The position numbers and the translations under genes were made by a program. The notes under the pieces are model-generated. The model did not search any database and was not told the origin of the DNA. It saw only the letters and a program-made list of their open reading frames with translations. A stretch of 64,000 nucleotides of DNA from Camelus ferus (Eukaryota): positions 40,984,001 through 41,048,000 of the forward strand of contig NC_045696.1 in the NCBI RefSeq assembly GCF_009834535.1, written 5' to 3'. Position 1 is the stretch's first letter. Every line of letters begins with the position of its first letter. Positions 1 through 11,289 of this stretch are shown here, piece by piece.

Positions 1-903
1 AGACCTCCACAACTTAACTCATCTTGCATAATTCAAACTATACCCGTTGATTAGCAACTCCCCATTTCTGCCTCCTCCCAGCCCTTGGCAAGCTCTATTC
101 TATTCCTTGCTTTTATGACCTTGACTACTTCAGATGCCTCCTGTAAATGGAAACATGCAGTATTGGTCCTACTGTGTCCCAGCCTCAAAATTTTTAAGTT
201 TTTTTCCTGATAATATAATGCATGATTGCTGTAGACAAATATGGAAAATATGAAAAAGGAAAAGGACGAAAACAACCCCACATCACAGAGAAAGCCCTTG
301 GTCACAGTTGTGTGTGTTTTAGGGCTGATATCACTTTAAGATGATGATCTCCCCAGACTTCCAGCCCCTCCCTGCCTCCCCATTCCGGCCCCCTCCTCTC
401 CGGGGCCCACTCCCCACCGGGCTTCTCTTCCTTCCAGGCCAGCAAGCTTCCTCTGTGGCAGGGCTTCTGCACATATGGTGCTCCTCCTCAGGCAGACGAG
501 CATCTCTGTTCCCTAATTAACCCTGCTCATCCTTCAGATTGTAGCTTAATTGTCACCCCTTCACGAAAGTCTCTTCTGATCCTCCCAGCCACCCCAGCAC
601 CCACCCAGACGGGCATAGTTTTACTCTGCCCTACCCTCTCATTGCACCTTGAACTTTCCCTGTATAGCATTTGGCCAAGGGTGTAGGCCCATGTCCCGTT
701 TGTTTGGTGTTTATCTCACTTGCAGACATAAAGAGGGGGACCCTGGGTCTGTTTTGCTCCCCAGCTGAACCACAGCACCAAGTACCATGTCTGAGCTACA
801 GCAAGTAGAACAGTACACACAGGCTTACGTCATGCATCTTAGCAGCGTTATACAGCTTCAACCATCTTTCTGATTATTGTGTGAGAGTAAGTTTCTAGAC
901 ATG

Positions 904-1295
904 TGTATTAGTTTGCTTGGGCTGCCATAACAAAACACCGCAGCCTGGGGGGCTTAAACAACACGCATTTATTTTCTCACATTTCTGGAGGGTAGAAATC
1001 CAGAATCAAGGTGTCGGCAAATTTGGTTTCTCCTGAGACCACTCTCCTTGCCTGGAAGATGGCACCTTCTCACTGTGTCCTCACATGATCTTTCCTCTGT
1101 GTGAGGATATCCTTGGTGTCTGTTTGTGTATCCAAATTTCCTCTTTTATGAGGACACCAGTCAGACTGGATTAGGGCCCATCCTCATGGCCTCATTTTAA
1201 CTTAAGCTTTAAATACAGTCACATTCTGAGCTACTCATGGAGGGCTTTGACATATGAATTTGGGGGGGAGGGGTGACACAATTTAGCCCATAACA
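904..1295 (-). mobile_element. MaLR solo LTR (MLT1A-like)
   Basis: Begins TGTATTAGTTTGCTTGGGCTGCCATAACAAAA, ends ...CCCATAACA (TG...CA termini). Internal 'gaggacaccagtcagactggattagggccc' is typical of MLT1A/MST in reverse orientation. Confidence 0.75.
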
Positions 1296-1589
1296 ACGTG
1301 CGGTGGATGAACCCAAGAAAGGGACTATTTTAAGCCTTTTGACACATGTTGACACATTTGACACATATTTCCTGGAAAGCTGTATACATTTATAGTCCTA
1401 CCAGCAAGGAATGGCAGTGTCCATCCCCTGGTATTCCTGCCAGGATTAGTATCATTAAAAAAAAATTTTTTTTTCCTAACCTGAAAGGCAAAATTGTATG
1501 TTATTGCATTTTAACAAAATCTTTGACTACTACTAAGCATAAATAATTTTTACCATTTTGTATTTCTTTTTCTTTCATTCTTTATACAT

Positions 1590-3030
1590 TTATTCATTCA
1601 ATATATATGTAAGGAGCTCAGGCTATAAATGAGGCCTAGTGTCGCATACTGGGATTCTAGCAGAGAATGAAAGACAGCCCTTGGCGTGAGAAGACATATA
1701 GTCTAATGGAGAAGAGAGATGTATAACAAAATTAACCAAGTTACTGATTATAGTTGTGATAAGTATCATAAAGTATGAGATGCTAGGAGAGCCTCTACAA
1801 TGGTTCAGGGGCCTGAACCAATCAGGGTGGTAGGAAAGGCCTTCTGGGGAAATGCAGCTTCCACAGGGAGTGAAGAGTGAGTAGCCAGTAACGAGGTGAC
1901 GGATTGGGGTGGTGGGTGAGGTCACAGCCAGAGAGGACCACCGGTGGAAGTGCCTGTGCCCAGCAGGAGCAGGTGAGCTGGAGGACCCAACGGAAGTCCA
2001 GTGAGGCTGTGTCACTGAAGGGCTGGGGTGGTGCTAGATGAGGTGCAAAAGGAAAATTGTTTAGGTCTGAGTCTGTCGTTGTTTTAACTATGCTGGCTGC
2101 TGTGGGAAACATGAAATAAAGTGAGTAAGAGTGAGTACAGATAGTCACTACTCGAAGGCCGCTGCTATAATCTGGGTGAAAGGTAATGATGCCTCGGACT
2201 AGGTAGTAACAGTGATGCTGGGAAAAAAACAGATGGTTTTGGGGGACACTTGAGAGATGGAATCTGCTGACTTGGCAGTTGGATGTGGAGGATGGCTTCT
2301 GAGCTACCGGTCTGAGAAACCAGGCAAATGGTGGTGCCATCTTCTGAGTTAGGGGACACTTAAGAAGCAGGATTGGGGAGGAGAGATAACGGGTTCAAAT
2401 TTGAACAAGTCAGGTTGGGTGTCCATGGGATACTGAGAGGAGAAGCTGAGTGGGCAGAAGCTGAGAGGAGAGGTCTGGGCTAACAACACAAAAGAGGAAA
2501 CTAGGTAATAGATAGAAATTGGCCAGGCTCACCAAGAAGAAAAGAGAGAGGACACAAATAAACAAAATAAGAAATGAAAATGGAGAAATTACAACCAACA
2601 CCACAGAAATACACAAAAATCATAAGATAGAAATTGAAGCCCAGGGATGAGATGCTTAGGGAGAAACTGTAAGGTGAGCAAGGAAAGGAAGGCAAGGAAG
2701 ACTAATTTAGATCTCTTGGGAGCTCCAGCAGTTATGAGCATGTGGAAGGGAAAAGTGAGCAAAAATGTCTAAGACACCATGGCGGAAAGATCAGAGGGAA
2801 GCCAAGAGGGTGCGGTGATAGAAGGCACGAGAACGACTGTTTCCAGAAAGGCCCCGTGGGCACCTGGGTTGAAAGCTCCTAAATGGTTAAAGGCCAAAAA
2901 GTGCATACAATTTGGCATGGAGACCAATATCCTGACCAACAGCAGTGTGAGTGAGAAAACTAGACTGGAGTGGGTTGGGGAGTGAGAGAAATTGAGAGAG
3001 CAAGTATCACAATTCTTTCAAGAAGTTTGG
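1590..3030. mobile_element. Degraded LINE-2 fragment, interrupted by a short L1 fragment
   Basis: Starts 'catttattcattcaa'. Purine-rich L2-type motifs include 'gagcaactggcaaatggtggtgccat'-like sequence and 'attctttcaagaagtttggc'. Confidence 0.6.
2522..2624 (+). mobile_element. 103-bp internal L1 ORF2 fragment without poly(A), flanked by a 12-bp direct repeat
   Basis: Translates ARLTKKKRERTQINKIRNENGEITTNTTEI, the L1 ORF2 region between endonuclease and RT. Flanked by AGATAGAAATTG at 2510-2521 and 2625-2636. Confidence 0.8.
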
Positions 3031-3035
3031 CTTCT

Positions 3036-3478
3036 CAAAGAATGAAATAATGCCATTTGTAGCTACGTGGAGGGACCTAGAGATGATCATACTAAGTGAA
3101 GTAAGGCAGACAGAGAAATATAAGTACCACATGATATCACTTGTATGTGGAATCTAAAACACATGATACAAATGAGCTTATTTACAAAACAGAGACTCTT
3201 AGATATAGAAAACAAACATGGTTTTCAAAGGGGAAAGTAGGGGAGGGATAAATTAGGAATTTGGGATTAGCAGATACAAACTACAATACATAACATAGAT
3301 AAACCACAAGGTCCTACTGTATAGCACAGGGAACTATATTCAATATCTTGTAGTAACCTATAGTGGAGAAGAATCTGAAAAAAAGAGACATATATGTACA
3401 TGTATAAGTGAATCACTTTGCTGTACACCTGAAACTAACACAACATTGTAAATCAACTATACTTCGATTAAAAAAAAG
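3036..3478 (+). mobile_element. 5'-truncated L1 3' end (ORF2 end, 3'UTR, A tail)
   Basis: 'aagaatgaaataatgccatttgtagctacgtggagggacctagag...ctgtatagcacagggaactatattc...ttaaaaaaaa'. The sequence 'aagaagt(t/c)tggcttctc' occurs on both sides, TSD-like. Confidence 0.85.
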
Positions 3479-4147
3479 AAGTCTGGCTTCTCTAAACTAT
3501 CTTTTAATCATTTTTCAGTTGTGACTTTAACATTGATATCATTGTTTTATATGGCACCTATGTTTGTCTGTAGTATGTGAGATATACTTATTTATTTTCA
3601 GGATAATTTTTAAACATTAGTAACATGTAGCAAACTTTAAAACTTTAAATTTTATTTTAAACTTTAAATTTTAAAGTTTATGTTGTTTTTTATGCATATT
3701 AGCTTTATATTTATATAGTTAAATTATTTTTTTTCCTTATGACTTCTTCCATTGTTCTTTTGCTCAGAAATTCCTTCTCTATACAGAAATCACACAAATA
3801 TTCACCTTTGTATTATTTCTTAAATATTTAGGGCTTCATTAAAATTTTCTTTTGATCATTTTAGAATTTATTTTTATATATCACTTGAAGGCTTGGAGCA
3901 TGTCATTATACCACCCTGATGACGGAGGAGCAGCAACAAAGCTAGTCTTGGAATGCTTTATTTAACGTTTTAATAAATCAACTCCACTGGTTCATTGCAG
4001 GAAAAAGGTCCTACTGATCAAGAAGATAAAATTTCAGTTCAACATGAGACTTGTTTGGTTAGTAATTTATGGACATTCTGTCTCTGTGCTAATATTGTGC
4101 AGTCTTATTATATTGTAAAATATAAACATTTTATTCTGTACTCCCAG

Positions 4148-4378
4148 TTTCCTGTGCTTCCCAGAATCATGTCATCTGACAGCCATCCTAGGAGGCATTC
4201 TTATGAGGACCAGGGAGTCCGAAGCCGTACCCATGTGCAGGATTACAGAAAATGCTCAGGGGATGGGTCATTCAAGGAGTCACTGGAATCAAAAGGAAGA
4301 TCCCATTCCAAAATTCAGGCATTTTCAGAGTCCTTTGAAGAGCAACTGTGCTTCAGAACCAAACGCTCTGTCTCTTTG
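4148..4378 (+). CDS. LNP1: LNP1 (leukemia NUP98 fusion partner 1) internal coding exon, 231 bp, phase 0/0
   Basis: Acceptor ...ctcccag|TTT and donor TTG|gtaagt. Translates FPVLPRIMSSDSHPRRHSYEDQ...SKGRSHSKIQAFSESFEEQLCFRTKRSVSL, matching recalled human LNP1 (LPVLPRIPSSDCHPRRHSHEDQ...LCFRTKRSASL). Confidence 0.93.
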
Positions 4379-5449
4379 GTAAGTAACAGAATTATTGAAT
4401 ATTTAAGCCATTTTAGAAAAGAAAAGCCAAAGGGTTCATCCTCCCCCAGTTTGAGAACAAATCTAACTTCTTCATTTACAGCTTGGTGTTGAGATCTTTG
4501 AAAAAATGGCACTCAGTTTTAGATAGCCCAGATGTACATAAATGCTTTAAATTATTATTACTGAAGACATCTGGTGTAGGAGGAATTCCTGAAGGACCAT
4601 CTGTGGAATATTTTGTTACCAAGGTCCTTTAGTTCTTTGAGACTGCTTTCATCACCCTTATTATATATAAATAATTGTGACTTATTCTCCTTTAACTATT
4701 TGAAGAAGATAAAAGCTCCTGCTGCTCTTGTCCTTTCATATTTAATCTGGTAGGAAACAGTCCGTGATGATGCTGTGTTCCCCTGTGCTTCTACAAAGCA
4801 CACAGAAGGAACTCTCTGGACACTCGCGAGTAAGATCCAGGAGCAGGGGCAGTCCAGGTGTTCAGTGGCCTCGAGGGAGTCTAAGTAAAGCACCAGGGAG
4901 ACACAGGCATAAAACGGGGAAGAATAGGAACTCCACTGATGATGCCAAACTTGACATATAAAGCAATAAACCGGAGACCGATTAATTTGGGGATAGTGTT
5001 TCAAATCTGCAACATGCTCACTGAGTGACCTTGAGCAAAATACTTCTTTGTGGTGGGCCTTTGGTTTTTGTTTTATTTTGCCAGACAAGAATAATGGTAT
5101 GTTTCTGCCATGTGATAGGCAGAGCAAATAAGTAAACTCAGATGTATTGTCACCTAGTTCCTGAGCTGCGCTCTGTGAATGGACAGGGGAGGACACTCCG
5201 GAGCTCCCTATCTCATTGTCCGCCTGAGCACGATGCTTTCTGCCTAGCAGTGATGGCTGCTGGGACTGTCGCCATTCATCTTTGCCTCACACGTGGCATC
5301 TTCCCTTTTGCCACAGTGACTGGGTGTCTATCATCCCCCTTCAGTAAGCTGCTCTCTCTTCCAGATCCTAAGCGGAATAAGGAAGAATAGTGAGCAGCTG
5401 CTACTTACTGTCTCTAAACTTTATTAAGAGTTCTTGTTTTATCTTTTCT

Positions 5450-5945
5450 TTATATTGTTTTTTTTTTAAAAACATGTTTTCAGACTTAGAGCAATGCTGC
5501 AAGAATAGTACAAAGACTACACCGTTCATCTAGGTTCCCTCCAAACATGAACAGATAGCATTTATCTATTCCCTCTCTCTCCTTCCCATCCCCAAACCAG
5601 GGCATGAGAGCATTCTCTTACAGAAACACAGTAGGATAATTAACCTCTGGAAATTAACGTTGGCACGATACCTTTATATCTAATCTACCGACCTTATTCA
5701 TATCTCACTGCTTGTCCCAATAATGTTTTTTATAGCACGATTCTGGATCATGTGCTGCAACCAATTTTCACGTCCCTCTAGGCTGTTTTATTCTGAAGCA
5801 GGGCCTCGATCTTTCCTCTTTCATGACGCCAGCATCTGGAGAGTACAAGCCAGCTATTTTTTAGAAAGAAGCTTAGCTTGAGTGCATCTGATATTTCCTC
5901 ATGATTAGGTTCACATTATGAACTTTTGGCAAGAATAAAGCAGAC
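5450..5945 (-). mobile_element. Old L1M 3' fragment
   Basis: T-rich start, then 'gcaagaatagtacaaag', 'gaaattaacgttggcac' and 'tttcctcatgattaggttcac', typical of old L1MC/ME 3' ends. Confidence 0.55.
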
Positions 5946-6314
5946 GTGAAAGAATTCCTGTTTTAAAGTTACATGTTAAAATAATTCACTATTTTAATTC
6001 AGGAGGCTCACTTGCTCTAAATGAAATTCTTTCTGAAACAAGGGAGGATATAAATATATTTTGAAAAAAAATTCAGTCTGAACAGTTCTTTGTTGATTCT
6101 GATGGCCTTGGAAGGAATTCATATCACATATTTACATAAGTGTGTAAATGTGAAATCAGTTTTCTTATTTAAAGAGAGATTCATCTCATTATCCCTAAAG
6201 TATGAAAATGTTTATTTCATTCATTTTGTAAGTTCTTCCTCTCAAGTGCCAAGATAACCGAGGCAGCATTTTCAAATTTTTTTTTGACACAAGAACTCTT
6301 TTCTCAGTTATATA

Positions 6315-6430
6315 CAGTCGGCCCTTGGTGTCCTCACAGTTCCACACCCCCAGAACTCAAGCATCCACGGATTTTAGTCTCCGTGGGCGCTCCTGGAATC
6401 AATTCCCTCGCAGATTCTGAGGGACAACTG
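6315..6430. mobile_element. Small TcMar-Tigger-type non-autonomous DNA transposon
   Basis: Imperfect TIRs CAGTCGGCCCT...GAGGGACAACTG, preceded by TA. Confidence 0.65.
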
Positions 6431-7488
6431 TGTGATAGCTAGAAACCTGCTAGGAATTTACAAAAATCATTTAAAAGTTTTTCGTATTATGAAAGTATAT
6501 ATAATAATTTAAAATAAATATTTTATTTTATATGTTTTTAAAGAGTATATTTTAAAGTTTATCTCAATGCAGAAAAAATTCAGAACATACACACTTTAAA
6601 ACTTTTTCCTATTTAACAATCATCACACTTTTCTAAAGCTAACTACATTAAAAAGTGTGACTTGTCAGCAAATTTTAAAATGATATGTATTAACTTTTAT
6701 TTGGAGGCCAAATGTATGCTAATATGTAGATTTAAATTTTATATATTTTAGCACCAAGAAGAGCCAGAAACTGCTTTTATGACCTGATCATGACCAACAA
6801 CATTAAGTTTTTTCATTTTTATATTAAAAAACTCAACTGCTTATTTTGATAATTTTCACATGTTGTTTCTAAGTGATGAGATAAGGAAAAAAATATGTCA
6901 GGCCATTATTAGCACTTCTCAGATAGTCTTTATTCTCAATAAGAGGAAAGCCAAATTGCAAATAATCATAACTATATTTTCTCTTTTTATGTTGTTCTTA
7001 TAAGGATTAGAGACATTCATGACTGCTAAATATGAATTATGATCAGATTGATGGATTTAATACAACCGCTGGAGCTAATGAAAATAATCTGGAGGCACAT
7101 TTACAGAGCTAGAACTGTTTTTAAGCTCCTCTTATATCTCAGCTTCATCATTTGTTTTGCTTTCTGATTTTGCCTAATGGACCATTACAGATAGAAATGA
7201 AATAATCTAGGTATGAAAACAGTGTAACGCTGTGGAGTAGCTGATACCACTGCAGTAACCAGACATCCCCACAACTCGCCCTGCAGGACTGAGTCATGAG
7301 CCCGCTCATTTGACGGCCAAGCACCCCTGCATATGTTCACTTCACAAGCACTCAGGGGTTCTCCAGTGTTTCCAGTTCAAATGGAGGAAGGGGAGAGTAA
7401 TGATTTTATTTATTAACTAAAAAGTTTGAAGTGTAATAGATACCATCACCACATTTACCAATGCCATTCTTTTCTAAGTAATTCCTTT

Positions 7489-7648
7489 TTTAAAAAATAC
7501 GTGTTCTTTTTTCCTTTGAGGGGGGTAATCAGGTTTATTTGTTTATTTTTATAAGAGGTACTGGGGATTGAACCCAAGACCTCATGAATGCTAAGGACCT
7601 GGTGCATGCTAAGCATGTGTTCTACCACTTGAGCTACACCCTCTCCCC
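7489..7648 (-). mobile_element. tRNA-derived SINE (camelid Vic-1-like) with internal 18-bp duplication
   Basis: Reverse complement reads GGGGAGAGGGTGTAGCTCAAGTGGTAGAACACATGCTTAGCATGCA...GGGTTCAATCCCCAGTACC (A/B boxes). TSD-like tt(c/g)taagt(a/g)attccttt at 7472-7488 and 7649-7665. Confidence 0.88.
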
Positions 7649-8419
7649 TTGTAAGTGATTCCTTTGAAAGGTAGTCTCTGACCATGGAAACCAGAGATGT
7701 CCCCCCACCTCACACCTCCTCCCTACTCCCCATAGTTTCCTATCATATCACCCTGTTTATAGTTACCAGTGCACTTCTCACTACCTGTTATTTTCCTGTT
7801 TCCTTTTAGGCTTGTTGGTTGATGTCTGTCTCCCTCCACCTAGGTGTGGTGTCTAGGAAGGAGGGTCTCCCTAGTTAGTGCCGTATCTCCCAATCCTAGA
7901 ACAGCAGTGTGTGTTCAGTCCATCACTGAGTGTAGACCCCTGGGCAGCCTGTTGGGGAATGTTAACATGTTTGGATGTTGTTCCTTGACCCTTCATTCCT
8001 GACACAGTCCTCACATTCAAACTTCATGCAAACCCTGCTGTTAATATAATTTAAGGGAGTGAACATGAGGAGGTTAGAATCATTCCATATATGATTTACT
8101 TGCCATGTTCCTTTTCAAAAAGCGCCAGAAGAATATTAACTTTACTGTACCAGGAGATCACATCCTTCAGTATGTTAGATGCAGAGGCAGAGCTGCGTGC
8201 AGGTTGAGTTTCCTCCATCAACCACCCAAGCACCCCATTCCTTTATGTACCACGGAACCTTTAGCAACACCCTTAGGCTTCTGCTCATTTCTTACTAGAA
8301 ACTAAGATGTGGAAGTCTGCTAAATGATTAGGGCTTTCTTCATTCTGATAATTGGGAACAATGTGGAATGTTGTTAGCTGTCGGCACATTTCTACCCCTT
8401 TCTGACCCTTCTCTTTCAG

Positions 8420-8515
8420 GGACCTGAGAGCAGAAAGGAGAGAAATGAGAGAGAATGCTGGAGACTGGAGATGATGAGGTCTTCACAAGAAAGTGGAGGA
8501 AAGAAGGAGCTCTAG
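8420..8515 (+). CDS. LNP1: LNP1 terminal coding exon; as spelled it stops at TAG 8513-8515, while the human-like frame stops at 8571-8573
   Basis: Acceptor ctctttcag|GGA. GPESRKERNERECWRLEMMRS matches human GPESRKERNERECLRMEIKS. The rest (HKKVEERRSSRKEEREEAHTPALPEKGPE*) lies in a shifted frame. Confidence 0.88.
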   Translation, partial: GPESRKERNERECWRLEMMRSSQESGGKKEL

Positions 8516-8775
8516 GAAGGAAGAACGCGAAGAAGCACACACGCCCGCCCTGCCTGAGAAAGGGCCCGAGTAGTCCTTTGCTGCCACACCATGACTACAG
8601 ATGCTGCTGGGTTTCTGAGCCCCAGTCACCAGGCCCAGGAGTGGCGGCTGTCAGAGAGTGTCTGCAGATGCTGAGTGACTCGAGGGGGTGGTTGGTTCAG
8701 CTCCTCCCCAAAACAGCTTACATCATACTCTGACTGCTTTTGAGAGCGTGATCTGCTCTGTTGCCCTTCTATGGG

Positions 8776-8810
8776 AATAAAAAGAATAAAAGGTATTTTA
8801 ATAGAATAAA
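8776..8810 (+). terminator. LNP1: LNP1 polyadenylation signal cluster
   Basis: AATAAA at 8776, 8785 and 8805, about 200 nt after the ancestral stop. Confidence 0.7.
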
Positions 8811-8974
8811 GTAATTCTTGAAAATGTAAAGATAGATATTTAAAGAGCCACCCACACATGTTCACCAACCCTTCCTTCACGTCAGCCTGGCAAATAATCT
8901 GAAATAAAAGTCATTGGTGTGACTCTAAGTTTACTTCTTTGTATAGAAGTAATTATGTAAGCAGTTCTAGTGGC

Positions 8975-9175
8975 CATCATTTAATGAGAACTGGTAATTA
9001 ACATGCCAAGTACTGTGCTGAGAGTTTGAATGCATTACCTCAAATAATCCTCAACACTCTGAGGTGGGACTTACTCTTCTTTTCATCTGCTAGCTGAGGA
9101 AACCGGAGTTTAGGAAACTCACTGGTGAGGTGGCAGAGTTCCTGCCCGAGCCCAATTCGCTCTGACTCATGTTCC
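8975..9175 (-). mobile_element. MIR SINE
   Basis: MIR core-like 'ctcaacactctgaggtggg...gctgaggaaaccggagtttagg'. Confidence 0.6.
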
Positions 9176-9366
9176 CAACCTGAGGCAGGACCTTCATTTC
9201 CCTTTAACGGTGGGTCTTGACTTAGTAGGTGTGTGATGTTCTTGTGAATGAGAAAAGCAGAGCTTGGCAATGGGTTATAATTTTGATTCCATGGGTGGAG
9301 GCTGATTCTCTGAGATCAGCTTTCTGTTCTGGGTTTTAACTTTATGAGACCATGTTCTATTTATTT

Positions 9367-9630
9367 AGTTATTATTATTTTTTATTGTGGTATAATTGAC
9401 ATGTAGCATTATATTAGTTTCAAGTGTCTAATGTAATGTAATGATTCAATATTTGTATTTATTGTGAAATGATCACCACAGTAATCTAGTTAGCATCCAT
9501 CACCACATATTGTTACAAACTTTTGTTCTTGTGATGAGAACTTTTCAGATTTAATCTCTTAGCAACTTTCAAATATACAACATTGTCAACTATAGTCACT
9601 CTGCTGTACATTACATCCCAAGACTTATTT
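9367..9630 (-). mobile_element. L1M 3' end forming the 3' half of a U6/L1 chimera
   Basis: 'ttttattgtggtataattgacatgtagcattatattagttttcaagtgt...ctcttagcaactttcaaatatacaa...' is the reverse complement of an L1MA-type 3' end with a degraded A tail. Confidence 0.8.
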
Positions 9631-9742
9631 AAAACATAAGGCATGCCTCACACATTCGCCCGTCATCCTGGCACAGGGGCTGTGCTAATCTCCATATCCA
9701 GAGAAGTTCCAGTTTTAGTATATGTTCTGCCAAAGCAGGATC
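9631..9742 (-). pseudogene. RNU6: Near full-length U6 snRNA retropseudogene
   Basis: Aligns to the U6 reverse complement: 'gtcatcctggcacaggggctgtgctaatc' and 'ttccagttttagtatatgttctgccaaagc' versus U6 'gtcatccttgcgcaggggccatgctaatc' and 'ttccaattttagtatatgtgctgccgaagc'. Many mismatches and no PSE/TATA seen. Confidence 0.9.
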
Positions 9743-11289
9743 TTCTTTTTATTTTTCAGCTTTATTGAGGTGTAATTGACAAATAAAATTGAATATATTT
9801 AAATTGTTCAGCAGGATGACATACTTTGTGAAATGATCACCACAGTCAGGTTAATTAATGCATTGAGGCCATATTCTATATTTTCCCCTAAAGAAAAAGA
9901 TACTAGAATTCTCTCTGTTTATCCTTTGTCTCTGTCTTGGATCTTTAAATGCCCAAAGGCAGCTAGAATCTCCATTTTGTAAAGAAGAGTATCTCTCAAA
10001 ACTGCTACTCATAAATAATACTGCAACTGAGTGCTGATTAATGTAAGACATCAACTAACTTTGACATAGGCAATAAAAAGAAGGAAAAGAAGAAATAAAA
10101 AAAAGAAGAGAAAACAGTGAAAGAAAACTAAAATAGTGATGATCTTTGACTTGCATACTTTCAATTTTCATACAACTTGTATCCTTTACCATTTTGAATT
10201 GACACTTTCATGCAGCCTTTTAATTATGTTTTTTCACACATGCAAAAGATGACTTCAAGCTATTACATGGTGTGTTTGCCTGTTACTTGCCATCATCAAG
10301 AGGGAGGATGGAATCTGAGCTACCATCGATGTCTGCATTATGCTGTAGTTGTGGGGAGAATAATTGTTTCCCCACCCTTGCTTTGGGCATTTTTCAGTCT
10401 TGCCAATCCAGTTTCAGATTTGGGATGGTCTGCTCATTTGCTGTGGCCTCTACAGAAAGGTCTGGGGAGAGATGGTCCACCCAGGGGAGGGGGAGATACC
10501 TGAATGGAGTTCCTGGGGTGGCAGTAGCTGGCTGGCTGAGATAGTAGCACCTGCTAGTCCAGCCTGGATACCTGTGAAGGTTCTTTCCCTTTCTGGATTC
10601 AAGGATGGCAGTACCTGGAAAAATGAGGACTAGGAAGTTTGTAACTTGTCAAACTGGAGGAAAATCTATTTTCAGCATGCTTTCAGGACCATAGTACATG
10701 GAAGAGGGGGTACTCTCTGAATATGAAGTTGCCAGCTTATTGCCTTTTTTACTATCACAAAACAATACTTCTCATAATAAAGATACAGATAAAGAAAAAG
10801 AATAAAAATTAAAAACTCTTATTGTACCTACTCACAGATAAACATAGTATCTGTCCTTCCAGAATATTATGTGTGTACACACACACACACACACATCCCT
10901 CAAAAACTTTTTTTCAGACACAAGCTCAGTTAACAATATATCATTAATATCTTTTTATTGGCCAAAAGTTAAGGAAATATTTTATTGATATACTAAGAGT
11001 TAACAAAAAGTTGAGACTAAAATTCTCTGAAACCATTTGCTCATGTCTCCCCCTGTAAAATAAATGAACATTAGTCTAAAAAAAATCTGCTACCTATTGC
11101 TACTGTTAGTTTTCCAAAAATACTAGAACATCTTTTCAGATAAATAAAAGTCAAGTGCATAATTTTAATTGTTCCTTTCAGAGGCTTAAAATATGCTCAA
11201 GTCTCTTCTATTTTAAAAATCTTCCCTCATAATATACTGATAGGTACTACTCTTGACCATCAATAGTTACCACCTGAGCATCTCCCCTT

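Noticed and set aside
3995..4492. 165-aa ORF as a single-exon gene
   Set aside because: Only 4148-4378 is bounded by splice sites and matches LNP1. The flanks are intronic read-through.
9631..9742. Functional U6 snRNA gene
   Set aside because: Many substitutions, a disrupted ACAGAGA box, no upstream promoter elements, and fusion to L1.
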